Source: an uncultured Methanoregulaceae archaeon
GTDB lineage: Archaea; Halobacteriota; Methanomicrobia; Methanomicrobiales; Methanospirillaceae
Reading direction: 5' to 3'
Assembly (NCBI GenBank): GCA_963705255.1
Contig: OY970061.1
Coordinates: 704,001-768,000 of the forward strand
Length of the DNA: 64,000 bases
This document shows, in pieces, positions 31,740-42,395 of this stretch; position 1 is the stretch's first letter; each line of letters begins with the position of its first letter. A program made the position numbers and the translations under genes. A model generated the notes under the pieces. The model was not told the origin of the DNA, did no database searches, and was given only the letters and a program-made list of their open reading frames with translations.

Positions 31740-32470
31740 GAGTAGAGGTGAGAGCGGGTATACCCAGATTCTGTTCCCCGGACCGCCCGCCCCACGATGA
31801 GGAGTGCGGAACGGGTGATGCCGGCGTCCCGTGCTTTCTGTGCAATATCGGCAACCGTTCCGCTGATGATCGTCTGGTCGGGCCAGGATGCATGGTAGAC
31901 GACGACTGCCGGCGTGTCGCGGGGGCAGCTCAGTTTTTTCGTGATCTCCGAGAAATGTCCGCTGCCGAGGAAGAACGCCATCGTGGCCGGGGACTGCGAG
32001 AGGGCGGCGATGGAGTCCGTTTCGAGAGTCTTTCCTGCAGGGCGCGTGATGATCAGCGTATCCGAGACGCCTTTTGGCGTGAACTCAGTACCGAGCGCCG
32101 CAGCAGCGGCAAAGACCGAGGAGACCCCCGGGACGATCCTGACCGCCAGGCCCCTGCGTTCCAGTTCCGCGATCTGCTCGACGATCGAACCGTACAGGGC
32201 AGGGTCGCCGGAGTGGAGCCGCACAACGGTCTTTCCCTGCATCGCCCGCTCCGCCATGAGGGAGACGATGGCATCGAGCTGCATGCCCCAGCTGTCCACC
32301 TTTTCCGCTGCCGGGCTTGCAGCGACAAGGGCCGGGTTAACGAGGGAACCCGCGTAGACAAGAAGATCGGCCCTGTCAAGCAGTGTCCTGCCCCGGACCG
32401 TGATGAGTTCGGGGTCGCCCGGGCCTGCCCCTACGAACCAGATGACCGGTTTATCGTCATTTCCGGGCAT
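31736..32470 (-). CDS. cbiF: precorrin-4 C11-methyltransferase
   Basis: VGAGPGDPELITVRG, YAGSLV, RLHSGDP, ASWPDQ, SHLY. Confidence 0.92.
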   Translation of the reverse strand: MPGNDDKPVIWFVGAGPGDPELITVRGRTLLDRADLLVYAGSLVNPALVAASPAAEKVDSWGMQLDAIVSLMAERAMQGKTVVRLHSGDPALYGSIVEQIAELERRGLAVRIVPGVSSVFAAAAALGTEFTPKGVSDTLIITRPAGKTLETDSIAALSQSPATMAFFLGSGHFSEITKKLSCPRDTPAVVVYHASWPDQTIISGTVADIAQKARDAGITRSALLIVGRAVRGTESGYTRSHLYS

Positions 32471-33062
32471 ACATCACGCTCATGTAATCGCTTTCCGCCG
32501 GGAGTTCCTCGTTCCGGTAGACCTTCATGTCCGGGAAATACATCCGTTCCACGAGCACGAAATCGCGGTAGCCCTCGGCCCGGAGCCCGGCCGCCATCTC
32601 CTGCGGCCTGCGCACTTTCAGTACAACCCTCGACCCGCCTTCGGTACCGTCAGAGACGGAGAACCCGGCGTTGACCGGGACCCCGGCAGCAGCGGCAAAC
32701 GCCGTGATCGAGCTGATGCCCGGTTCGGTCCTGAAGCCTATACCTGGGTGCTTTTCCGCGATCACGGCGCAGAGGCGCGAGAAGGTGGAGAAGAAGTTCG
32801 GGTCCCCGAGGATGCCGAATACGGCGAGGCCCGACGAGGCCACCGGCGCGATCTTCTCCGCATTCTCCTCGAGGCACGTCCGTATCCGCCCTTCATCCTC
32901 CGTCATCGGGAACTTGAGGAGGACGACCTCCCGGTACGGGGCTACGAGCTCGGCGGCGATCCTGCCGGGTACGAAGACGGCGTCCGCCTCCTTCAGGAGA
33001 CGCACGGCCCGCAACGTCAGGAGCTCGGGGTTTCCCGGCCCGAGACCGAGGCCTACGAGCAT
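32457..33062 (-). CDS. cbiL: cobalt-factor II C20-methyltransferase
   Basis: GLGPGNPELLTLRA, FPMT, LGDPNFFSTF, PGISS, YMS. Confidence 0.88.
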   Translation of the reverse strand: MLVGLGLGPGNPELLTLRAVRLLKEADAVFVPGRIAAELVAPYREVVLLKFPMTEDEGRIRTCLEENAEKIAPVASSGLAVFGILGDPNFFSTFSRLCAVIAEKHPGIGFRTEPGISSITAFAAAAGVPVNAGFSVSDGTEGGSRVVLKVRRPQEMAAGLRAEGYRDFVLVERMYFPDMKVYRNEELPAESDYMSVMYARK

Positions 33063-33596
33063 GCAGCACCCCGGGCGATGATCACGTACACGGGATCGAT
33101 GGGCCGGAACATGATGCTGCCTCCAATTCCGTGCGAGCGGGCGACCTGCAGCTGGACAACTTCGGTAAATATTCCCAGTTCCTGCAGTTTCGACACCGCT
33201 TCCGCGAGCGTGCTCACGAGGACGGCGTTGATGACAATCGTCCCCCTCACCTTTTTTGCGAGCAGCGGAAGGACCCCGGCGAGCTGTTTCGTGCCACCGA
33301 CAAATGCACAGTCATACACCGTGTCCCGTGCAAGAAACTCCGTGGCACCGGTGCAGAAAAATTCGATATTTTTTACCCCGGCTCGTTCCGCTGTATCCCG
33401 TGCCGTGGCCACCGCTTCCGGCCGCAGGTCAAGGGAATAAACTTTCCCAGCACGTTGTGCGAGCGCAACCGAGACCTTGCCGGTCCCGCACCCGATCTCG
33501 AGGACTATCTCCCTGCCGCTCAGGCCCAGCTTGAAGAGAGCGACGGCCATGACCTCGTCCTGGGTCGGGCCAGCCGGCAAGCTTCGGTTCGGACAT
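33053..33596 (-). CDS. cbiT: precorrin-6B C15-methyltransferase (decarboxylating); probable frameshift near 5' end (~33572)
   Basis: GPTQDEV, EIGCGTGKVSV, FVGG; ATG 33596 is in a different frame from the body. Confidence 0.88.
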
Positions 33597-34161
33597 CTTC
33601 TCAAATTTTGTTGCGTTAAGGTATTAATGCTTGTTTTACAGGAGCATTCTCTTTATCTCTTTTAATTCGTGATTTGCCGCAATACCAAAAAAATAATTGA
33701 TATCAGGAGTGTTACATCCCTGAATTTTTTAGTCTAGACTGGATAACCTAAAGATCCGAGAAGGTTTGATGCTAAAATACTCATTTCAAACAGTGAAATG
33801 ATAACAAAAATTATCGCAAGATAAAAAGTATCATTGCAAGATTATTAAAAACATCTGTGGCAAAATAACTGAAAAATTGAGCACCAATCCCCATAAAAGG
33901 GCCATGTATTGAAAAAAGAGGATATATCAATCGATTTAAATGTTTTAAAAAGATCGTTATACTTTCTTAAAATAGATTGAAGGATAATTCCTGCAAATCA
34001 TTACGTCGTGAAAATTCGTATTTCCTCAAATTTTTTCCACAAAGTCCCGTCAATCTAATAGAACCCTGGAATGATACTCTACCCATAAAAAAGTCTGGAT
34101 TCACCTCGCTTCCAAATATCTGTTAACTTAGCTAAGGGGTCTGGATGGCAGTCCTTTTACA

Positions 34162-34458
34162 TTAAATTTTGTAAGGTGAGTCCGTTTTACGTCCTTCTGA
34201 AGTGATATGGAACTCATTATAGTCATCTTTGAGGTTTTTCGGTGTAAAAATGATATCATTATTAGTACACACGATAAGTTTATCCCCTTCATAGGTAATC
34301 AGACATCCGAGAATCGTTTCCGGAGGACAGGTACCCGATAACCTCTGGAGGTCTTGTCTTGTCATTTTATTTGCGGGATTGCCACCTACTTGCCTATATA
34401 TTAAATGAAATACTTTGTTCAGATTTTCAACTGATAGCCCTGATGCTCCTGGAGTCAT
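34162..34458 (-). CDS. hypothetical protein in AT-rich islet
   Basis: 98-aa ORF in AT-rich DNA, no recognised motif. Confidence 0.5.
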   Translation of the reverse strand: MTPGASGLSVENLNKVFHLIYRQVGGNPANKMTRQDLQRLSGTCPPETILGCLITYEGDKLIVCTNNDIIFTPKNLKDDYNEFHITSEGRKTDSPYKI

Positions 34459-34600
34459 GCATAGTTCTACTCCGTTTTTATTATAAAAATGTTTTTAATA
34501 ATTGTTCTGTTAACCTGTCAGGAGGCTAGAAAATTTTTGACATATTGAAAGAATCAATTACCCAATCTCAGACGCGATAGCATCGCCATTTCCTTTCTTT

Positions 34601-35806
34601 CTATTTATCAGCGAAATCACTCATTTTTATATCATTCATCTGCATCCATTGTGATATTGAGGATTCATCGGGGATTATTTTTCGTATATCTACGTCTGCA
34701 GCAGCAGATTGGAGGTCTTTTAAAATTTTTTCTTTCACACTAGATGGTGATTTTTGTTGTTTTTTGAACCCTTCATCATCATTATTAATCGCGCAAACAG
34801 CACGATTGAATTCATATATCAGACCACCTCTTTCCTTCCATGGACCCCGAATTTCGATTGCTTGGGTAAGCTGAGTTTCGGCTTCTTTCCATTGCGGTAC
34901 TCGTGAATCTTTTAATGCAAAACCTAATTGTCCACGAGTGGTATGATAAGCGTTTTTCGTATCGGCTGCAATAAGTGCACGGAAAATGGGGATTGTCCGC
35001 TCCATGGCAGGTTTATCATCATCATCCCGCCAGTTATCCCTTCGTGTCTTTTGAGCCTTGTAGTAAATCGTCTCCCTTATTGAATTAGACGCTTCAGAGA
35101 TAGCCTCTATAAGCTCATTAAGTTCAACATCCTTAAGTCCAGGTGGTGGATTGAGAACGCGATCTACTAAATGCAATGCATCAGTATCTTTCTTACTTTG
35201 ATCTTCTTTTTTGCTCAAATCTTCCACCTGCTTCTCAATCTTTTGTCGTGAAGCTTCCGATTGTTCCAGCTCACCCGCAAAATAGACCCGCGTCCACAGG
35301 TAACCGATGAGAAAACCATCGACAGAAAAGAAAATAAAAATTGCAATTATAAACGCACTACTACCTGAAAATCCACCCAACGCCGGTGCGATCCCTGTTG
35401 CATATTTTTCAAGTGTTGAGGGAATATTTGTTAGTTGAGTCAGGCCAACACCTACAAGGATTTTGGTCAACCAATCGGAGATTTGTTCCAGATTTGTGTT
35501 ATCTTGGAACCGAACAATACCCTGTGAATCTTTAGTATTATCTGAGCCAGACGCCGAACGCGATTCTTGGAGTGCCCGGGGGATCCCAAACAGGAACCCG
35601 AGCAATCCCCCACACATGAAAATACCGCCGGCTAAGAGCCATCCTGCGCCAATAACCGATAAGCCTTGGTTGATCGATGAAGACTGAAATGCGAAAAGTA
35701 TGATAATCAATAGACCGATGAAGAAAAAAGATACGAGACCACGGATGGCCCAATGAGTTCTACTCATTTCTTTTGGGGGGTTTACCCCCTCTTTCTGAGG
35801 AGTCAT
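34601..35806 (-). CDS. membrane protein (about 4 TM) with C-terminal helical/TPR-like domain
   Basis: GGLLGFLFGIPR, NTNLEQISDWLTKILVGVGL, GFLIGYLWTRVY; helical C-terminus; AT-rich. Confidence 0.8.
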   Translation of the reverse strand: MTPQKEGVNPPKEMSRTHWAIRGLVSFFFIGLLIIILFAFQSSSINQGLSVIGAGWLLAGGIFMCGGLLGFLFGIPRALQESRSASGSDNTKDSQGIVRFQDNTNLEQISDWLTKILVGVGLTQLTNIPSTLEKYATGIAPALGGFSGSSAFIIAIFIFFSVDGFLIGYLWTRVYFAGELEQSEASRQKIEKQVEDLSKKEDQSKKDTDALHLVDRVLNPPPGLKDVELNELIEAISEASNSIRETIYYKAQKTRRDNWRDDDDKPAMERTIPIFRALIAADTKNAYHTTRGQLGFALKDSRVPQWKEAETQLTQAIEIRGPWKERGGLIYEFNRAVCAINNDDEGFKKQQKSPSSVKEKILKDLQSAAADVDIRKIIPDESSISQWMQMNDIKMSDFADK

Positions 35807-36288
35807 ATTATATCAAATACCGAATAAGATCATTCAATATATATTATTTTTGATAAGTATGTAAAAATTTTTTTCACCAACTCAAATATTCTTCACTATC
35901 GCTCTCCAGTTTGTTTTCAACGTAATATTTTTCCTGACCTTGTTTTTAACAAAAATATTTCACGCTCACTTAGAACTATAGTTTATCTCCACAATCAGGA
36001 GCATCGTGATACGTGGAAAATGCTTGGCAGCGGGCAGCGTACCGGCCCATATATCATACGGTTCGAATTCGTCTGACTTCTCTAACGATTGACCATAACC
36101 TGATTATGCTTCCCTGTGGTGCATTGAGAAAAATCCGGAATCTGATAGGGTGAAGGATCCGGAGATTCTCGATACATTGCCTGTACCCTGCCGCAGTCCG
36201 GGAAGTGTACCTCCCGTGGCAGATGATGCCGAAAAAACGGAGTGGACTGGAGAGATGATGAAAAACAGAGACGATATAAAAAAATTTC

Positions 36289-37914
36289 CTATCCTGCGCT
36301 GGTCCGGACAAATGTCGCGTTCCGGTTGTACCCCTGCTCGAGGAAGAGCGTGGTGGTCAGCTGGCGGACGGTGCCATCCGGACCAGTCCCGAACACGACC
36401 CTGCCATCGTAATCCGGTCCCCACTGGGGGCAGCTCGCGGCGAAGGTGTTCCCGTCCCAGGGCGACAGGAAGAGGGTCTGCGGGTTCTTCCCGAATGTCA
36501 GGGTCAGGTTCCCGTCCTTTTCTGCAACTGTCGCCTTGCCGTAAAGGTCATCCGTGTACGACCCGGTATATCGTGTAAGGGGGAGCGGCGGGGCCGCGTC
36601 CGCCGGGCGGACGGGCTTCGGGGCAAGGAGTGCAGCATTGGTCTCCTGGAACTGTTTCAGGGACAGGGCAGTGATATCCGTAGTATCGATGCCGAAATAC
36701 TGCTGGTAAAACGAGAGCGCAAGGGCATCGGGAAGGCTCGGCCCGGCCTCGTTTGCCAGAACCACGATGCCCATGTTCTCGCTCGGGACGAACAGGATCA
36801 TCGCATGGTTGCCGAGGGTCTCGCCGTTGTGCCAGTAAAAGGGCGGCGACCCGTTCATCTCCTCGTAGAACCAGCCCTGGCAGTAATACATCTTCGGAAA
36901 GGTCATCACGTTCGCGGCGGGGGTCCTCGGGGTGTGCATGTAGGCCATGTTCTCCGGGCTGATGATCTCTCTCCCTTCAAAGGTCCCGTTGCCCAGCTGG
37001 AAGATCGTCCAGGTCGCCATATCCTTCACATCGGCATTGATGCCGCCGGCCGGTCCGAATTCATAGGCAAAATTGTTCAGCTCCCAGCCGGGATCCGTGA
37101 CGATCGGCCCGGTCGTGTTGCCAGGCAGGACGCCGACCGTGTGGAGAGATACGTGGTCGGGCGAGGACCGGAATGCCGCGTAACTCGTGGAAGCGCTGGT
37201 CATATCCAGCGGCGTAAAGATGCGGGACTGCAGGTCCTCCTCCCAGCTCTTCCCGCTGGTGTTCTCGATCGCCGCTCCCGTCACCACAAAGGGTACGTTC
37301 TGGTACATGAACTGGCTCCGGAAGCTGGATACCGGCACAGCATAGCGGAGGGCATGGATCATCTCGCTCCGGTTGTACCCGACCGTGGCGAGGTCCATCC
37401 CCCAGTGGTCGGCAAGGCCGCTCCTCTGTGCGAGGGAATCGGTGATGGTGAACTCTTGTGTCACCCACGGGTCGTCCATCCGGAAATCCGGGACGTACCG
37501 GACCACCGGATCGTTCCAGTTCATCCTCCCGCTGTCCACTTCCATCGCGGCGAGGGCGGCCGTGAATGCTTTCGACGTGGAACCGATCTGGAAGACCGTG
37601 TCCGGTGTGACGGGGTCGGTTCCCCCGGCGGTCTTCACGCCGTACCCTTTTGCAAAGATAATTTTGCCGCCTTTCACGATCGCGACAGCCATACCCGGGA
37701 CGTTCCATTCCTGCCTCGCGTTCTCCGCGTACGTGTCGAAGTGTGCGATCGTAGTATTGAGTTCCGCAGCGGTCGGCGAACGGGGTGCCTGTTGTGCCGG
37801 AGGAGGAGACGCTGATATACCTGTCCCGGGAGCCGGGGCTGTCGTGCATCCGGCAAAGCATATTCCGACAGCAAGGATTATGCCGAGGATAACGATGAGA
37901 AGAGATCTCTTCAT
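36289..37914 (-). CDS. serine hydrolase (beta-lactamase class C-like) lipoprotein
   Basis: Lipobox FAGC; SxxK (STSK), YQN, HNG; C-terminal DUF3471-like YTGSYTDDLYG. Confidence 0.88.
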   Translation of the reverse strand: MKRSLLIVILGIILAVGICFAGCTTAPAPGTGISASPPPAQQAPRSPTAAELNTTIAHFDTYAENARQEWNVPGMAVAIVKGGKIIFAKGYGVKTAGGTDPVTPDTVFQIGSTSKAFTAALAAMEVDSGRMNWNDPVVRYVPDFRMDDPWVTQEFTITDSLAQRSGLADHWGMDLATVGYNRSEMIHALRYAVPVSSFRSQFMYQNVPFVVTGAAIENTSGKSWEEDLQSRIFTPLDMTSASTSYAAFRSSPDHVSLHTVGVLPGNTTGPIVTDPGWELNNFAYEFGPAGGINADVKDMATWTIFQLGNGTFEGREIISPENMAYMHTPRTPAANVMTFPKMYYCQGWFYEEMNGSPPFYWHNGETLGNHAMILFVPSENMGIVVLANEAGPSLPDALALSFYQQYFGIDTTDITALSLKQFQETNAALLAPKPVRPADAAPPLPLTRYTGSYTDDLYGKATVAEKDGNLTLTFGKNPQTLFLSPWDGNTFAASCPQWGPDYDGRVVFGTGPDGTVRQLTTTLFLEQGYNRNATFVRTSAG

Positions 37915-38248
37915 ACCCTTTTAAACGGTGTTTTTTATCCTAAACGTTTCGAATCGTAACGGGAATCCCCACCATCTCTTTGGATACAATAGGCGATGTC
38001 CGGACCGGACCGGCTGTCGGCCCTGCGGACTGCGGATATCACGATCCATTGCATAAAATCCATCGGTGTGTTCAGATGCGAACGGAACTGCAGAAAACCA
38101 GGGCACCCGGATGGAATTTGCGCAGGAAGGCAACAGTATGCTGAACTCCATCGAAAGCAGCTGCCCTGATGGGGGTTTTCCCATGGAAATATTCTACCCG
38201 ACAGGGCAAATTAATTATAAATAGCATCGTGCAGTAATGCATGAAGCA

Positions 38249-38461
38249 ATGAAGACTATCACCCTCCGCGATGAAACGTATCACTCGCTGCTCGTCCTCA
38301 AGGAAGGCGATGACAGTTTTTCCGATGTCATCGACCGCCTCATCAGCAGGAAGAACCGCGACATCCGGGAGTATGCCGGGGCGCTCCGTGACTCAAACGT
38401 ACTGGATGAACTGCATGCGTTCACAAAAAAGATGCGCAGTTCCGGCAGGGCGAGAATGTGA
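38249..38461 (+). CDS. vapB: VapB-type antitoxin
   Basis: MKTITLRDETY..L...K...SFSDVIDRL; overlaps PIN gene start. Confidence 0.85.
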   Translation: MKTITLRDETYHSLLVLKEGDDSFSDVIDRLISRKNRDIREYAGALRDSNVLDELHAFTKKMRSSGRARM

Positions 38462-38865
38462 TCATCCTCGACACCTCGTTTCTGATCGATTACTTCCGGG
38501 ACGAGAATCTTTCCCGTTTTATCCCTCAGGGTGAGAAGGCTTCGGTGACGGTGATATCCTACTACGAGATCATGGCAGGTATCCAGCGGATGAAATCCCC
38601 CAGAGAGGAGAAGTTTTTCCGGCACTTTTTTTCCGAGGTGGAGATTCTGGATTTTGATCTTACGGCTGCAGAGATTGCCAGTGGCATCGGTGCCCGGATG
38701 GCAAGAGCGGGGAACAGGGTGAACGCATTCGATATCCTGATCACCGGCATAGCGCTCGCACATCATGCGGGAGCCATCGTCACCGCAGATACGGACTTTC
38801 ATGAGATTGCGAAGTATGCGGGGATCGAAATACGGAATTATAACCGGGCAACCATGAACAAATAA
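38458..38865 (+). CDS. vapC: VapC PIN-domain toxin
   Basis: ILDTSFLID, E, FDILI, TADTDF acidic tetrad. Confidence 0.92.
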   Translation: MIILDTSFLIDYFRDENLSRFIPQGEKASVTVISYYEIMAGIQRMKSPREEKFFRHFFSEVEILDFDLTAAEIASGIGARMARAGNRVNAFDILITGIALAHHAGAIVTADTDFHEIAKYAGIEIRNYNRATMNK

Positions 38866-39173
38866 TTCCCCATCATCTACTCAACAACACTGCAGTCAGC
38901 AGTACGACCCCTCCACCCGATCCCCCGCGTCGCTGCGAACTCCCTGCGTGAGCGTACCCGATTGCCGGCAGCGAAAAATATCATATAACCGTGCGGGTAT
39001 ATTCTCAATCAGAATAAATCAGAGCAATATTTAACTGATCATATCTTATCTTTTCTCAACACAATGTTGCCATATCTCTTCACCAATTTCATGAGCCGCA
39101 CGCAGCCGGTTGAGCGCGAGCGGCAGACGGGTGTGAGACTGACCTGGATACCGGAAGATGGCGGGGCGGGATC

Positions 39174-39587
39174 ATGAGCCGGGGACCGCCGCCCGAAAAA
39201 GCGATCCGTCTCGCATTGCCGATCGCCAAAGCCCGGGGATTCATCACCTTCTGCCGGAGGGAACGCGGCAGCATCTGCGACTTCATCATCCTCTGCCCCG
39301 GTCTGACCGCGGTCGTGCGCCTGGGGCGGACGAAGAGGCTTCACGGCTCGCTTGCCGACATGGAGTTCCAGTTTGCCGGGGCTGCTGCCGGCCTCCGGAC
39401 GGTTCCACCCGACCCCGCCCGCTCCTGCGAGATCTGGGCCTGCGATTATTATGACAATATCCGGTTCTTCCGCGTCGAACGTACCGGCCTCACCGAGATG
39501 GGTATCAACGGGAAGCCTCTCGACGGTACAGGGGCCACGGAAGTAGCCCCTCCGAAAGTTCCCGTCGGAGGTGTGGGATCTGCCTGA
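39174..39587 (+). CDS. hypothetical protein, possible degenerate PD-(D/E)XK fold
   Basis: MSRGPPP start, CDFII..VVRL, EIW..IRFFRV pattern. Confidence 0.65.
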   Translation: MSRGPPPEKAIRLALPIAKARGFITFCRRERGSICDFIILCPGLTAVVRLGRTKRLHGSLADMEFQFAGAAAGLRTVPPDPARSCEIWACDYYDNIRFFRVERTGLTEMGINGKPLDGTGATEVAPPKVPVGGVGSA

Positions 39588-39998
39588 CCTCTCCGTCGGA
39601 GAAAACCCCATTTTTGGGATGGTCGGAAATAAGCCCGCAAAATGCCCCGTTTCCCTGTTTCATATGTTAAAATAAGACAGTTATGCGAAAATGCAGGAGT
39701 GTTTCAATGATTTTGAGGTAACAGGGACCCAGATTTACGTCGTTAAATGGCCCTTTCCAAGATGGGAGAATATGGGAGAGTTGGGGCGGTGGAAAAACGG
39801 AGAAACGGGTTTCAGGTCGTCCCGCCCCCGGAGGGGGTTCCCGTAGATCACCCCATAAAACGATGCGAAGTGCCGGCAACTAATATTTTTTTAATTCATT
39901 TGATTAAAAAAAATTTGAAATTACAGATTCAATTTCTTGCAAAGGAAGTGCCCGAAAGCAAATCTATTAAAAAAATTGTCGCTCGTATTTGCGGGCTA

Positions 39999-40487
39999 TT
40001 ATCCTTCTTCACCCTCCGCCACTTCCTCCGCCACCAGCTCCCCCAGCTCGTCTTCCGTGCACCAGACCTCGACCGAGGCATCGACCCCGGCGTACTCCTG
40101 CTGGTACTCCCCGACCGTGGAGCCGGGCGACATGATGAGGTTGGTGATCAGCTTTCCCTCCCGGAAGCCGTAGAGCCTGCGGTGCGGCCACGACGGGCCG
40201 AGCACTGCTGTCCGCTCGTAATAGACGTCCTGCGCCAGCTGGTGGGTGAACCAGATCCCGTTCTCCCACTCAAAGAGCGCCTCCCGCATGTAGCGGCGGA
40301 TGTACCAGCGCAGCTCGGAGACGAGCGAGAGGGCGCTCCCGAGCGTTGCGCAGGAGATGGAGACCCCGCAGGGCTTCTTCCTCGGCCGGTAAAACCGGAG
40401 GATCATCCGGCTCGTCTCGGATGCAAAAAGGGTATGGTGGAGGTCGATGCCGTCCCGCTGGATCAAGAGGATGTTCATCCATGTCAC
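39999..40487 (-). CDS. conserved archaeal hypothetical protein (DUF5804-like)
   Basis: DLHHTLFASETSR..LRFY, SLVSELRWYIRRYM; co-oriented downstream of pan. Confidence 0.7.
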   Translation of the reverse strand: MTWMNILLIQRDGIDLHHTLFASETSRMILRFYRPRKKPCGVSISCATLGSALSLVSELRWYIRRYMREALFEWENGIWFTHQLAQDVYYERTAVLGPSWPHRRLYGFREGKLITNLIMSPGSTVGEYQQEYAGVDASVEVWCTEDELGELVAEEVAEGEEG

Positions 40488-40521
40488 CCTGAAACGGGAT
40501 ACCTGGCCTGCGCCGGGGCGA

Positions 40522-41682
40522 TCAGGTATACATGCGGTTGTCGGTCACGGCCTCGTTCTTCACCTTGTGGACCGCCTCGGTGAAATCCTTCATCCCGACC
40601 AGTTCGGCTTCCCTGCGCACGGCCATCATGCCGGCCTCGCGGCAGACCGCTTCCAGCTCGGCACCGGTGGCGTTCTCGGTCATGAACGCGATCTCTTCCA
40701 TGTCGACGACGTCGAGGTGCATCTTCCGGGAATGGATCTTCAGGATCTGGAGCCGGGCGTCACGGTCCGGCAACGGGATCTCGATCAGGCGGTCGAACCG
40801 CCCGGGCCGCAGGAGTGCCGGGTCGAGCATGTCGGCGCGGTTCGTGGCCGCCATGATCCGCACGTCCCCCCGGGTGTCGAACCCGTCCATCTCGGCGAGG
40901 AGCTGCATCAGCGTCCGCTGGACCTCGGCGCTGCCGGAAGTCCCGTCATTGGTCCGCATGCTGCCCACCGCATCGATCTCGTCGATGAAGACGATGGCAG
41001 GGGCGCGTTCCCGCGCGAGCTGGAAGAGTTCGCGGACAAGGCCGGCACCCTCGCCGATGAACTTGTGGACGAGCTCGCTGCCCGACATCCGGATGAAGGT
41101 GGCCTTTGCCTCGTGCGCCACGGCTTTTGCGATCAGGGTCTTGCCGGTCCCCGGGGCCCCGTAGAGCAGGATGCCCTTCGGGGGTTCGACCCCCACGCGC
41201 CGGAATATCTCCGGTTTCGTCAGCGGGTATTCCACCGCCTCCCGCACTTCCTTGATCTCGTTGGCGAGCCCGCCGATCTGGGCGTAGCTGATCCCGGGCG
41301 ACTCCTCGAGTTCCATCACCCGGACCCGCGAGTCGTAGATATTGCCGATCACTTTCACGATCGAGAGCGCATTATTGACCGCGACCTTGGCGCCGGGCTT
41401 TAAGAGCGGGCGGATCTCTTCGGGGGCATTGGTCAGGTATTCCTGGTTGTTCCCCTGCTGGCGGAGGTAGATCTCGCCGTTCTCCAGGATGTCCACGACA
41501 ACGGCGACGAAGAGCGGCATGCGCTTGAGCTGGTTGTTCTCGCGCTTGAGCTGGCCGTTCTCTTTCTGGAGCTCGTCGGCCTTCACCTTCAGGTCGAGGA
41601 GTGCTGCCTCGAGCTCGTTGACCTGGATCTGGTACTTGAGCTCGTGTGAGGGGGCGGTAGTATTGACGGCAGTCTCTTCCAT
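40522..41682 (-). CDS. pan: proteasome-activating nucleotidase
   Basis: Coiled coil, GAPGTGKT, FIDEIDA, EVQRTLMQLLAEMDGF, HbYX-like C-terminus MYT. Confidence 0.95.
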   Translation of the reverse strand: MEETAVNTTAPSHELKYQIQVNELEAALLDLKVKADELQKENGQLKRENNQLKRMPLFVAVVVDILENGEIYLRQQGNNQEYLTNAPEEIRPLLKPGAKVAVNNALSIVKVIGNIYDSRVRVMELEESPGISYAQIGGLANEIKEVREAVEYPLTKPEIFRRVGVEPPKGILLYGAPGTGKTLIAKAVAHEAKATFIRMSGSELVHKFIGEGAGLVRELFQLARERAPAIVFIDEIDAVGSMRTNDGTSGSAEVQRTLMQLLAEMDGFDTRGDVRIMAATNRADMLDPALLRPGRFDRLIEIPLPDRDARLQILKIHSRKMHLDVVDMEEIAFMTENATGAELEAVCREAGMMAVRREAELVGMKDFTEAVHKVKNEAVTDNRMYT

Positions 41683-41726
41683 ACTACTCTTATATGTTCA
41701 TCTTCAACCATTTATGTGGTGTTATT

Positions 41727-42140
41727 TTGCACATCAGCGGAAGAGGGATATCACGGGGGAGAGGCAGCGGGCCGCTCCTCGTCAGTCCGGCGCCGATCTC
41801 GTTCCTGTCGGGAGTAGACCCGGAGACGGGAGTCATTGTCGAGAAAGGGCACCCGCTCCGGGGTACCGGCATCGCCGGCCGCGTCCTCGCGTTCCCGTAC
41901 GGCAAGGGTTCGACGGTCGGCTCCTATGTCCTCTATGCCCTGAGCCGGAACGGGCATGCCCCGGCTGCCATCGTCAACACGGAGGCAGAAGCGATCATCG
42001 CCACCGGCGCCATCATCGGCAGGATCCCCATGATCGACCGGATCGGGGTCCCGCTCACCCGGCTGAAAACCGGGACACCGGTCACGGTCGACGGCGACCG
42101 TGGCGGGCTGGACTACGACGGCCCGCTGAATGACGAATGA
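41727..42140 (+). CDS. aconitase X swivel-domain (DUF126) protein, phosphomevalonate dehydratase small subunit-like
   Basis: GRGISRG, ISFLSGVDPETG, FPYGKGSTVGSY; TTG start inferred. Confidence 0.85.
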   Translation: MHISGRGISRGRGSGPLLVSPAPISFLSGVDPETGVIVEKGHPLRGTGIAGRVLAFPYGKGSTVGSYVLYALSRNGHAPAAIVNTEAEAIIATGAIIGRIPMIDRIGVPLTRLKTGTPVTVDGDRGGLDYDGPLNDE

Positions 42141-42395
42141 TACATGCCCCCTTGCGGGTTCCGGTAACCGGGTGAGGTATCATGAAACGTGGTACCTGCA
42201 GGGGGGTAAGAAAGATCCGAAGAATCTCTCCGGTAATTTGCGGCAATCAGGGCACTCCAGCCTATGGCGTCCCTGTTCCTCTTCAGTATTTTTACTCTCA
42301 GGAGATGGGGATACCGGTACCGGGATCATTGTCGTTTCAGGAATGCAATCCTCACCTGTACCTTTGAGAAACGTATCATAATCCTGATAAAAATG

